From Nemertoderma westbladi (taxonomy: Eukaryota > Animalia > Xenacoelomorpha), in NCBI GenBank assembly GCA_032718475.1, contig JAUCBJ010002218.1, positions 1 through 64,000 of the forward strand: 64,000 bases of DNA. The letters are read 5' to 3'. Each line of letters begins with the position of its first letter. The stretch's first letter is position 1. Below the pieces are notes generated by a model that ran no database searches, was not told the origin of the DNA, and saw nothing but the letters and a program-made list of their open reading frames with translations. Both the position numbers and the translations under genes were made by a program. Of the stretch, positions 42,085 through 55,022 are shown in pieces.

Positions 42085-42481
42085 GAAGGATTCTGAATCA
42101 AATTGCAGGGTAGTTGCGTTGGTCAAGAATTATTATGTTATATTATTAAAGTTGTCTCGTTCGTGAGCTTTCAAATTTGTTAATTCCTATAAGAAAAATA
42201 AAATAAAAATACCTTTGGATTCATAATTTAATATTATAATGTCGATAAATTAGACGGAAAGTGAGACAAAAATGACAACAAATAAATGAAAAAATTTACA
42301 CAATTATACAGTATTTGCTCTTAAACAATGCGGTTCATTTGCCAGTTGTTGAACATATTAAATAAAATACCTAAAAAGTATTATATTAAAGTATTCAGAA
42401 TATAATATTTGAGAGAATCTATCTACATTCAATAAACTAATGTTCTGGAATATTTACATAGTAACAGGTATAGTGTGCAGT

Positions 42482-42835
42482 ATAGCCCTCACAGTGATCT
42501 GCCGCCTCAGAGGCAAGAACCTCATTGTAGCTCATTGCATTGTTGCTCAGCTGTAGTGTGAAGCTGGATCTCACACTTGGCTGTTGCAACAGAGAGGACC
42601 AGTCATGCCGCGGCAAGGCATATTTCGTTGTTCTGCTAGCACGCAGACTAAGTCCTACCTTGGCCACAATAAGGTGGTGATCACTGGAGAAGGGTCGAAG
42701 TGTAAATGCATTACAGTCTTGTATAGAGCTCTGGGACTTGTGACCACTGGGTCCACTATGAGTCCATAGCTTTCCAGTTCGCTTCTTGAACTGGGTTCCA
42801 GCCGAAAACAATCCATTTCCAGAGATACAGACTCC
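42482..42835 (-). mobile_element. RTE-like LINE, end of the APE endonuclease (upstream part of the split element)
   Basis: FKKRTGKLWTH...SSDHHLIVAKVGL (SDH motif of AP endonucleases); reading continues into the 33897 segment once the 5S array is removed. Confidence 0.85.
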
Positions 42836-43691
42836 CAACGGGCGCTGGAAACGGAACGGTTGGTGATGTCATAGAGAATGCAGCCAGTTGTGCCGATAAG
42901 GAGCTATTCCATAAAGCGGAGGTCAGTAAAATTGAGTTGTATCAGTGATGTGGTAGCTTATATAGAACACACATCTGTTTAAACAGTGTTTCTCTATCAG
43001 TGCGAGAGTAATCCTTGAGATATGGAGTTATACAACAAATAGCTAGTACCGGGTGAGTACAAAACAGAGACCCAAAGACTCAAGACCTGTACAAAACATA
43101 GACCAAAGACTCAAGACCTGTACAAAACATAGACCAAAGACTCAAGACCTGTACAAAACAAAAGAGGTAAATTCGCATTAGGTCCCAAGAGCGTTAGGTT
43201 CTATGGCCATTTAAAGAAGCAGGTTTAGTAAAGGAGCAGGTTATAGATGCGTATTGGGGGAACCAAAACAATAAAATAAAGTTAACACCACATGTAAGTT
43301 AATATTTTATGTTTGCATCTTATCTTTTAATATTCGATTGACTTTATTTTCTAATACCGATTTGACTGCACTAACTAATGCATTATAATTATTAACTATA
43401 TTATGTTGTTGGTTATTTTTTTACTTTATATTTAATTCGAAAGTAAAAAACGAATTAATACAATTACACATTAATAATACGAAAATATTTCGACATTTCA
43501 TTCTCAGAGGTTAATGCAATAAAAATTTCATTGCTGAACCGCGGGAAATTTGAATTTCTAAATCGGTTTACAATAAATTGCATTTTTTGATTCTAGGAAA
43601 TTAGATTAAGATTAGAAGTCATGAGGATCTCATCCAAGAAATGCTCAGTGATTTCCATTACGATCAATAGTAGGCTACCTGGGTAATAGTC

Positions 43692-44712
43692 CAAATGTCT
43701 AAATGTCAATTTGAAAATGACATTTTGACATAATGACATGTCAAATGTCAATTTGTAAATGACATTTGGACATAATGACATGTCAAAATGTCAATTTGTA
43801 AATGACATGTGGACATTATGAAATGTCTAAATGTCAATTTGAAAATAACATTTTGACATAATGACATGTCAAAATGTCAATTTGTAAATGACATTTGGAC
43901 ATAATGACATGTCAAAATGTCAATTTGTAAATGACATTTGGACATTATGAAATGTCTAAATGTCAATTTGAAAATAACATTTTGACATAATGACATGTCA
44001 AAATGTCAATTTGTAAATGACATTTGGACATTATGAAATGTCTAAATGTCAATTTGAACAGTTTGACATAATGACCTGTCTAAATGTCAATTTGAAAATG
44101 ACCTCTTGACATAATGACATGACAAAATGTCAATTTGTAAATAACTTTTGGACATTATGACATGTCTAAATGTCAATTTGATAATAACATTCTGACATAA
44201 TGACATGTTTAAATCTCAATTTGAAAATGACCTTTTGACATATGACATGATGTCAAAATGTCAATTTGTAAATGACATTTGGACATTATGACATGTCTAA
44301 ATGTCAATTTGATAATAACATTTTGACATCTGTCTAAATGTCAATTTGATAATAACATTTTGACATCTGTCTAAATGTCAATTTGAAAATGACATTTTGA
44401 CATTATGACATGTCTAAATGTCAATTTGAAAATGTGAAATTGGACTTGTCTAAATGTGAATTTGAAAATGACATTTTGACATAATGACCCGTCTAAATGT
44501 TAAAACGTCATTTTGAAAATGACAGACATAATGAGATGTATAAATGTCAATTTAAAAATGACATTTTGACATAATGACATGTCTAAATGACAATTTGAAA
44601 ATGACATTTATGACATAATGACATGTCTAAATATTAAAATGTCAGTTTGAAAATGACATTTTGACATGTCAAAATGTCAAGTCAATTTGAGAAATGTCAA
44701 AGTGTCAATTTT
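43692..44712. repeat. ~43-bp quasi-palindromic minisatellite
   Basis: aaatgtcaatttgaaaatgacattttgacataatgacatgtct units rich in TGTCA/TGACA. Confidence 0.9.
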
Positions 44713-46891
44713 GATATGCTGTATCAAATGAAAGAAAGAAAGTTTGCTCTCGAATAGTATGGTTGACTGCTCTAACGATTTTCCATATTTTTCTACACTT
44801 GTAGAAACCCTAATTCGAAGGACACTCGCAAATTTGGGTTTGACTTTTCCGCGTAGGTGTAGCGTACGCGTAACATACGCGTTCCACGTTATTTAACATG
44901 CAATATGTACAGTAATTTTATTTTTAAATGGAACATCATTTTCACGACGTTATTTATATATTAATTTAATTTAGTGAATGGCAAGTTAAGCATTATTACT
45001 GGAATACGTTGTCAGAGGTAGGAAGACTGCGATTGTTCTACAACAGTATTAGGCCTATGTACTTACTTGGCTTGGCTGACGTTGGACTTTTGAATGATTC
45101 TGATCTGAATGTGTAGGCCTAATCAAGCTGTAGTAAGCTAAGGTCTGACCTTTTGAAAGTTATATAAGTTCGCCGAACACGTTCGAGCAAACATTTCGAC
45201 TTATCGACTTATACCTAAAAGAACATGCTATGCCGGGTTACATGCTGGAGGGGCAGACGCAGAGATGTGCTCGTCGGTGCCATTGTCATTGTCATAGCAT
45301 CGCTTAAGATAGACAGATAGATAACACACTAAACTGCCGAACAACTTTATATTGTTTGTTCAGTAGAGGTAAAATCTCTGTTAAAAATAGGGAAAATGTT
45401 AAAAATAGGGAACTCTTAATAAAAGGTTTTGTCATTGGTTAGTCATGAGTAAACGTATGCAGTTACCTAGCAACATGGACATTTGGGGCAATATAATTGG
45501 TTTATATAGATATTTTCCTTAATATAACCACCATTCTACACCGTGTAAGCAATCATACTGTATTATTCCTTTATTCTAATTTCTTTATTCGAATAGATTA
45601 TTTATTTCATTATCATTTAGTTCGCTGCCATGATAAATGTAACTGTATGTCAATAAGCCCAATGAAGATCATTTATTTCCATTGTGAATTTTATCCTCAA
45701 ACCCCTTTTTTATCATATCATATTATTTATCAAATCCCAATTGGTCTCATGGGATACCGGTATTTATTGAGGATGTTTTTTCAATTCCTATGTAGAGGGA
45801 CTCTTATACTTTACCGTGCCATTATAGCTATATTTTGATATAATAAAATTATCTTAAAATATTTGTTCTATAACAAAAAAAAAATTAAATGTATAGATAA
45901 TATGTTCTATAGCATTAAAAAAAGAAACAAAAACTAGCTAGTATAAAAGATTTATACAAAGATAACATACAATAAAAAATTAACAAATTAGCTAGTGCTT
46001 TAGATTTTTTGTTCTAGAACAAAAAATAGTTGTTTTAGAACAACATTTTTATATGAAATGGATTGATAATGTTCGAGAACATTTAAAACAAAAAAAAAAA
46101 ACTAGCCAGCTGGCCATTTTTTGATATAATAAAATGATAACTTTTAATCTATCATTTCATAATTAGGGAAACTAGAAGGAAGTGAAGGAAGTGAACCCGG
46201 TTTAGTAACAAACAATAAATACATTAGCTACACAAGACGTAACAAAATGTAATTGTACGTAGAGTAAATTACGGTATCACTTGCGTAAATATATATTATA
46301 TAATTATAACAATTATATTTTTTTGAATTATATTGAATATATAGGTGGCACGGCAAACTGTAAGAGAGCCGTAGAATCATCCAAGGAATCAAGTCCCCCC
46401 ACTATCATTGTCCCTTTTTTCGAATGTTTGCTTGCATACTATTTCTGGTAAGCAACGTTTAGGATATCATTTGTCATACAGACAGAATGCTTTTACGCCA
46501 CAATTGGAATTGGTGCCTCGCAACTAAAAGAGTTCACAGACTTATTTAGCCCGCATTTTGGACAAGTTGTTAATGCTAATGTTCAACAGAAAATATCAGT
46601 TTATCTGTTAATGGGTCTTTACAAGTATCCAAGCCATTTCCTGAAGTGGATGCTGGAGGTGAGAATCATATGAATAAACGTTGAAACTATAATGATAAGG
46701 AAGCCCACCCGGTCTATAAATCGTCAGTTCGCATGTGTTTAATGGAGAAATGTCATGATCGAAACACAAACTCTCCAGTAGAAACACTGCGACGAAATTG
46801 ACTTGTTCCAGAACTTAGACATTGTGATAGCTACAGTAGTACCGATAAAATTATTTAGCCGACTTCAAAACTGTATTTTCTGTTAAATGTA

Positions 46892-48025
46892 TGTAAAGGC
46901 TTTTGCGGATCTAGCTAGTCATTTTCCCCGCAAAGTACTCTGTAAGTGTTTTAGTGGACATAAAAAGCCATTTTTCTGTATGTGTACTTTAGCGGACATA
47001 ACTAGCAATTTTATGCCGCAATACGCCAAAATACTCTTGATACAGTGTAGTTCAGATGACGACATCTATCAGCTGATATATCCACGTAGAGCTTTCTTTG
47101 TTCTTTGTTCGGCTCGACCAATCAGAGCGATTTTCATTTTATTTGCACAGAAGCCTCTGGGAAATCGCGCAATGCATTATGGTCTTTGTTTACCTTTTTT
47201 CCTGAGCCCAGAACATCGGCTGTGGAATTATTCTGTGTTTCAGACTTTAGCCTAACATTAGAACGGCTTTGATCATAGAAACGTATAACTGTTATCAGCC
47301 CATATCATACTATACATACCTTTCACCGCATTATTTTACTGCTATTTACTGTCGGTTATTAATTGTTATCAGTTAATGGAATGTTGTTATATTTGGAGAA
47401 TATCGATAAATAATCAGAAAACCCCAATCTTCCTGATATACTGAAGGTTAGAGAGACCGGTTACATATAGCAATTGCGACTTACATTATAGTGGTTTTGG
47501 AGTGAATTGAATGCTATTTCATAGGCCCTACATGTGTCAGTGGCTGTTCTCTTTATATATGACTAAAATTAGTGAAGGTCGGCAGATCGGTGTGCAGCAT
47601 TGTGCGGTACAGTAGGAAATGCTTTATTATCTATCACACTCAGATAACAAAGCATTTCTTAAAGAATGCGCTTTATACGTGAATCATTAGCCATCCCGTT
47701 GTGTTTAGTATAAGTCATAACTCTGTTTACATACTTAGAGCGCCACGTCCTAAAGGAACTGTTAATATTTCCCGAAAGTGAATAATATTTGTCAGAGATT
47801 ATATATTAACGATCAATCGAATAGTACAGTAGGCCTACACCGCAATAAGGTCAGAGCATCCGAATCCAGTCTCCCTTAACTGTGGATGAATGATCGCGCA
47901 TAGGCTGGCTTCGGCTAATGTAACTTATGTGTATCAAATACTTATTATAGGCTAAAGTCGATTTATAACCTAGAAGACACCTAAATTTGGCAGGTTAAAC
48001 TGCTAAAGGTCTAAAATCACGGACA
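46892..48025 (+). repeat. 5' LTR
   Basis: Direct repeat of 58323-59439 with scattered substitutions and small indels. Confidence 0.93.
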
Positions 48026-50021
48026 ATAACAGTTATACGTTTCTTTATTGCAACGTAGGCAATAAAGGTAAAAGTACCGGTCGACCGGTAACCAGTAGGC
48101 CTAACTACCTAACCACCCGAACCGGTAATTACAGCAGTACAGGTACAGCAGTATTATTCGATTTTGATAATTATATACCGGTAGGTCTTAATATTTAATC
48201 GGGGACGCCTGGTTTTTTATTGGGATTTTACTTATTTCTGTCAGTTTTATTTATTTGTAAGTTAATATTGAGCAGAAGGCGTGTAAGCCTGCTCAGATTG
48301 TATAAATAATTTGTAGGCTGGATTGTTGTCTGGCTGTTGTTAGGTCTGAAGAGATTGCAGTGTGTGTAGAGTGTATGTCCGATAAAGTACTAGTTAGGAA
48401 CGTGGGGGCATCCAGTGCTGTAAGGTAAATCCCCCTCCCCCCCGAAAGAATAAGTCGTACTACTCGGTTAGAACGCATACTAACTAACCATTTCGGAGTC
48501 TGCATATACTGTAGTTTATTTAGGCTTGATAGTAGTCTGCCAGCATTTGGTTTGTATTTTGTTTGTGTAGTCTGTACAGGTAGCGTAATATTTATTATTC
48601 AGAGTTTATGCGATTATTCACAACATACATACCCCCAAGTTTATTCCTACAGTAATTGTGCTTGTTATACATACCGTTATAGTTAAATTAACCCCGGTAC
48701 TACATCAGGGCTGTTCGGCGTAGGTAAAGACTGGTGATTTTATGCTCTGGTCACTCCGGCAGATACCGTGGTTCTTTTAGCTGTACAAGTATTTTTAACT
48801 GCTGGTTATTTGTTGTATAAGTACTTGTACCTAATTTAGGGTTTAGTGTACAGTGCTTTCCGAAGGTAATTAGTGTGTAGGCAGTATATTTGTGTTGTAA
48901 AGTGGTTAATAGGCACGTTAGCTATAGTATGCTGCGGTAATTAACTTCTAGGTAGGAACACTCCGGGTACATAATGTAGTACTTATAGCGATACAGCTAT
49001 AAGTCGTCAGACGGTGGTATTTTTCCTATCTAGACAACGCAATATATTTACTACTGCTTTATTATTTTCAAATACCGTAGTATCTTGTCCGTTTGTAATA
49101 ACCAGATATTCTAACTCCTTGTTAGGCTGGTTTGTAGATTCCCTGTAAAATTAACCCTAAAAAATTCGTACGTGTAATTTTTGTGTTTATTAAGAGATTG
49201 TAATCTCACCCCGCAATTGTATATAATTTGTAGTAATAAGTAACTTAGGCAAGTAGAATTATTTGTTTTAGTGTCTAATACAATAAGTAGCACTCCACTG
49301 AGAGCGTTTAGCTTCTGTGAAGTGACTCCTTACCAGAAATAATAACATTTATTTCAAACATTGACAAAAACCCATTATACGGGTATATATATATTATAAA
49401 TCAACTCAAACCGATTTATAAAACAGTAGGCCTGTTATACATCAATTAGGTCTTAATATCAGTTGGACTACTGCTTAAATAACGGTAATAAAGTAAAGTA
49501 AAGTAACCAAGTAACCCCTAAAAATTCAGAAATTCAATTATTCTAAAATAATTGACATACCGGTATTTACAATAGGCTTATTATATTTATTTCTATAAAT
49601 TTAAGCTGAAATTATATACCGGTATTCTGTAATTAATTCTAGTCTATAATTCTACTTATATACTATAAGTGTAAGTTGTATACCGGTATTCACAATAGGC
49701 TTATTATATATTTATATATACTTGAGCTGAAATTATATACCGGTATTCTGTGACAAACCTAGTCTGTAATAATACTTATATATATACTATAAGTGTATAC
49801 CGGTACTCTAATATATTGTATATATATCACGTTACATAGAGTAACAATATCAGTAATTAATTACTAGGCTAACAGTTGATACTGAATTACTAGACTTGCT
49901 TTAACTGTAATATAGCAGTAGGCATTCAACTGTACAAACAAACATATCTGACACAAAGCAAAACCTGTCAGACAGTCTCCTAGATACAACCATCTGTGAC
50001 CCAGATAGGAGTGCTGAACGT

Positions 50022-53000
50022 TTGAGACCGAAGTTCAACTCAACTCCTACTGTAAGAAAGATCATCCCTCCAGTAGTAGTATCAGACCCTAGGCTAGTCC
50101 AACACCGTAGGTCTATCATAGGCACTCGGGCTCAAGTCAAGTGTGACCAAGAAGCAGCTGTTAAACAGCAGCAACACCCGAGCCGAGAACTTATTTCTCA
50201 GCGGCCCGACAGCTCCAGTAGTTCGGATACTGTAGAGCTGACACCCGAGCGCGGAGCAAGAATGGCAGATGCGGTTTATTCGGATCCCCTTCCCATTCTT
50301 CCTGCAGCCGTACTCACTAGGGTATTGATTGCGGTGGAGGAACACCAAATCGATTGGGCGAGAAGTAAGCGATCGACCAAGGACAGTTATGCGGGATACA
50401 CAAGGGAGGAACTGAAGTCTATTGTCGAGTCGCAATGGAACTTCCCCGGACCCGGACTCCCATTTAACTTATCGGAAGCAACCTGGGAAGACTTACACAG
50501 GATGGGAGTGACGAAAGACACTAGTGATCCAGCTGTGTGGAAGAGGTCGGCAGCAGGATATGTACAGGGATTCTTCAGCTCTTTGGAGCGATTTGAGGAA
50601 CAACTGTTTCAACAACCCCAAGGACCTCAAGAGCAGGAGAGCTGCTTTATCAAGTTCGAGAAAGAATTCTAAGAATCAGACTAATCCTATCGGCCTTTGA
50701 GGAAGCTTCGAAATGAAGACAAGACACGTCGTTGCAAGTTGCCGTAAAGACTTGGTTCCAGCGGGTGAGTCTCAAGGTTCAAGGAACGGCCCAGTGGAAA
50801 TTTCAGCTGGCTGAGCGCTCAACCCACGGAGAATCAACATATGCTACCTTTTCTCAAGTGGAAAGCGAATCGACAGCAGAGAAACCGCAGAAGAAGGACG
50901 CTATTGACATCTATCTGTCAGAATATCAACGATTTCTAGGTGACGAAGAGTTGAGGAGAAGGCTGGCTGGACTTCGCCCTAATAGTGAAGGAGCCAAGTT
51001 TGTGCTGGACGCAATAGATGCGGAAATGTTAGCTGCGAACCAAGCTAAATTTGATGAAAGCAGCTGCATCGCTAGGGTCCAAGAAGAACAAGTAAAGAAA
51101 AAACGTATAGAAGACAGAAAGACAGCAGCAGCGGCAGCGGCAGTGGCAGCGGCAGAAGTGGAAAGAAAAGCGGCAGAAGAGGAAAGAAAAGCGGCAGAGG
51201 CAGCGGCAGAAGTGGAAAGAAAAGCGGCAGAGGCAGCGGCAGAAGTGGAAAGAAAGGCGGCAGAAGCAGTGGCAGAAGCGGAAAGAAAAGCGGCAGAAGT
51301 GGAAAGAAAAGCGGCAGTGGCAGCGGCAGAAGCGGAAAGAAAAGCGGCAGAAGCGGAAAGAAAGATAGCAGTGGCAGAAGCAGAACGGAGAGCATCTGAA
51401 GAGACCACCCAACTAGAGTTGGAAAATCTGCAAGAGAAGCAAGACTACATAGATCAACAGAGAACAGCTACTCAGTGGCAGATGATAAGTCGATCCACCC
51501 CCAAGCGACAGGGCTTTACATCATCGGATGAAGGCGATACCACCGATCCTGAAGGCGGAGGAAATAGATCTCATTCCAACAGACGTAGAAGAATGCCTCA
51601 CCATCAGAAATTGCCTAATTTGCCCACAGCTGTGAGAAGGCAACTAGCTAGCACAGACTTAGGTAGTACAGAACCCACAGAACAAATTATTAGAGTAGAA
51701 AGACTCCCTACTATAGTAGATGAGCCTGAAATAATTAGGCCTGTTCTCGAAGCCACCCCTTCGGTGATAGAGACACCTGTACTCCCAGAACCTACCTCTA
51801 AATTCCCTTTGCACAGCACTAAACTACCTGTGCCCAGCAGAACTGCCCCTAAGACAGTTCCTGTCCTGGACTCCGAGCGAAATATCAACGATTTGTCGCC
51901 CGTTGTCCCTCGTCTACCCGCTACTATGTTGGCGGCTCCCGCTTCGGCGGTAGAGTGGGTGGATGAGGGACGGCGGGAGATGGGTCTCCTGCTCGGGCAG
52001 CTGAGGGAACACCGTTTGTGCTCCTCTCAGCAGGTCCGGGAGATGGAAGGGACTGTTCAGCAGTTAAATGGAACAGTCAGAGAGGGTAGGTTAGAGTTGC
52101 AAGAAGTGCAGCAGAGTATCGCATTAGAACGCGATAAATTGGTAAATATACAAAGAGGTATACCACCACCCCCTGTAACAATGTGTCAACCTGTTCGGTC
52201 TGAAGTATTTCATGCGCAAGGTGTGGAGCCTACACGCATCTATACTGCTAGTGAAGTAGAAACTCCTATAGTAAACCCTATTAAGGGTAATTATAAACCT
52301 GTTGATAATGATATTCCATATAGACTTGATAATAATCCGAGAAATTTATATACCGATAACTCGATATTAAATAATACGATGGCCCAAGAAAGTTTTACGC
52401 GTCAAATGGCTAGAACCGAAGCCCGTCAAGCGGTAAAGGTGGGAGAGATCGTCAAGTTCAATGGAGATGAGATGAAATGGTTACCTTTTAATGAGTATTA
52501 TAAAGATAACATACAGAACTCTGTGCTATCTAACGGAGAGAAACTTAGATTCCTCATCGAGTGCTTGGAAGGATCTCCCAAGTTAATGGCGTTAAAGTTT
52601 ATTGGACATCCAGATGGATTAAGACAAGTTTGGGATACACTAAATATCAGGTATGGTAATAGGAATAACATAGCTAGGTATTTGTATGCAAAATTGGTGG
52701 CGCCCCGAAAGTTCATTAGCAGCGGGATTATAGAGTTTTCCGATGAGATTCAGGAGATCTGTAGACAATTAGATTGGCTAGGTAAGTCTCATGAATATCA
52801 GAGTTCTATGGTTATTGGAGCCGTGGCATCTACTTTGCCAAAGGGTGGAGTAGGTACACGCTGGGACAAGAAAGTCTTATATATGATGGAACAACAACGA
52901 CGAGACCCTACCATGGCTGATCTCATGTCATTCTTAGATGGAGAGGTAAAATTACAGCTCCTAAAGCAGTTCAGAGAGAATACACCGGAAAATAAGGTAA

Positions 53001-53350
53001 GTGAGAAACCCGTTTCTAGGAGAAAGGTAACACCAGTGTGTTATACAGACGACGGCGAAAGCCAGGCTTCTCAAGAAGAGGACAGCGGGATAGACACTGA
53101 AAGATCTTACTATGTCAACAAAGCGCCTAAAGACGTAAGTAAATTTAAGTCTCGAACCAATGACAGGAGAGAACAGGTAACAAAAACTCCTCCTACGTCT
53201 CCTAATAGAGTTCACGGAAGAAAGCCCGAGGAAAGAACGAGAGTGCACAACGTTACCCAAGGTAAGGTGTGTAACATCAAACCAAAATGTGCGCTGTGCG
53301 ACGGGCCCCACCGTTTAAGTGTATGTGATAAATTTTTAAATAAAAGATAG
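50022..53350 (+). pseudogene. gag: BEL/Pao gag (frameshifted; ORFs 50022-50672 and 50732-53350)
   Basis: KFNGDEMKWLPF...LSNGEKLRFLIECLEG (DUF1759-like), CALCDGPHRLSVC knuckle, AAEAERK coiled-coil repeat. Confidence 0.85.
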
Positions 53351-53360
53351 ACGTGAAGTC

Positions 53361-55022
53361 ATGTGGGATAAGCGGTTGTGTTATAATTGCCTCAGACAAG
53401 GACACCAACGGCAAACCTGTTACTCCAACGCAAGGTGTGCAAAGTGCGGCGCGAAACATCATATCTTGTTGCACACTGAATTCGAAAGAAACAGCCCGAG
53501 TCAGGTAAGTGAGTCCGAACTACATGTCCAATTCAGTGATGTAAACGACACTGATCAAAGTTCTGAGATGGAAGGATTCTATACGGATGAATTCTCCGAC
53601 GAAAACGAATCCTGTTACCTAATAAATACCGCAGTGTATCGAGCACTTACGTATGATAAAGAAACCGATAGTGAGCTCCCCCTAACTACTACTGACCGAG
53701 AACCATCTTGGAAAGCACCAACTTCCAACGTAGGAATCCGAGAATTTCCCGTAGTGCAGTTGAGAGTCCACGGGCCACAAAAGAGCTATATAGTGAACGC
53801 CCTCCTTGACTCCGGCAGCACAGGAACATTCATCGACAAAGAACTAGCCGAAGACATCTTTGCTGGACAACCCAAGTTCCGAACCAAGTTGAACATGTCA
53901 GGAATTATGCAGGTTTGGAAATCTACAGTAACTACAGATTACTATGTAGGCGCGTTGTCCACCCCCCAGGATGAACTAGGAGAACACAGTATAAGGTCAG
54001 TAAAAATGGTGGCGATAAAGAACTTCGCTACCAGCCAAGTGGAACCTTATAACTGGGATGTGGACTATTTCACCCAGCAGCATAAGATACCTAGATTCAA
54101 CACAGACTACCCTGGAGTGCAAATACTCATCGGCCAAAATGCGCATGAGGCGCTTGAGACATTGGAGAAACGGCCTGCTCAAACGCAACCACTGCAAACC
54201 TATGCGGGAAGAACAAGAGTAGGTTGGTACCTCACTGGACCTTCCCGTAGGACACTCATGGAAAGGCTACCCAAAGATTAGGTCCATCAGGAGAGTGAAT
54301 GGGAAGAAGACATCAGTGAGGGAGAGACGACCACAACTGAGGGAACACCATACTCCTCAGATAATGACGATATTAACTCTAATGTAGATCAATGGAGACA
54401 TTGCCCCGAGACGATTAATCTAGCCGACATCGCTTCCAGAGGAGCAACTCCTCAAGAACTGACAGATACTCCAGACTGGTTAGGTGGACACGACTTCCTA
54501 AGTAAAGAAGATGAATGGCCTCCCCATCTTACCATGGCTGAGATTAGACAAGCCAAGGGAGCGGAGAAAGTCAAACCTAAAACCCGGACGAGTAAATCAA
54601 GGTTATTTAAACCCGTGATAGATCTGTCTGTACTACACATTGCCAGGGACGACGCTGTGGATCTAAACTCCCCCACTGCGAACAGATCTGTTGTGGAGAT
54701 CAGAGAGAGAGACTGGAGATCTGGAACACCAGACGTCTCGCAGGGACTCTCACCTCTCCTGCCGGGAGCGATGGACCACTATAGCTCCTGGAATCGGCTT
54801 TGTAAGGCCGTCATGTATTTGAAGCGATGTTTCTATCGTCACTATTCCAGGACGAAGAGGAAACCTGGAATTGTATTCGAAACACAACAACTCAATCGCC
54901 CAGTTGGTCGTTTATGTTTACTGGAAAGAGACCGAGAACTGTCCGGAAACTATGGAAGGCAAGATACTCTTCCCACGACCACCTCCCTAATCCAACAAAC
55001 ATCTAGGGACTCCCCAACATAA
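53361..55022 (+). pseudogene. BEL/Pao zinc knuckles, aspartic protease and RNase H tail
   Basis: LCYNCLRQGH...CAKCGAKHHILLH; ALLDSGSTGTFI; after an in-frame TAG at 54279, QWRHCP..NLADIASRG...WLGGHDFL....WP and YSSWNRL. Confidence 0.85.

Larger units (their letters stand above)
33898..42481 (-). repeat. 5S rDNA tandem array, 8 units of about 0.95-1.1 kb
   Basis: Gene-to-gene spacings 950, 1104, 1056, 1104, 1055, 1096, 1105 bp; near-identical AT-rich spacers. Confidence 0.97.

Noticed and set aside
34615-42476. Spliced-leader RNA or snRNA linked to 5S in the spacer
   Set aside because: No recognisable Sm site plus donor or snRNA motif by eye; an Infernal/Rfam scan would settle it.
46395-46860. 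Possible transposase or zinc-finger remnant (HYHCP...) inside the MULE-like element
   Set aside because: Too degenerate to support without a profile search.
50926-51412. Antisense low-complexity ORFs (SAAFLS, FCRFSF, LLPLFF)
   Set aside because: Shadows of the AAEAERK repeat in gag.
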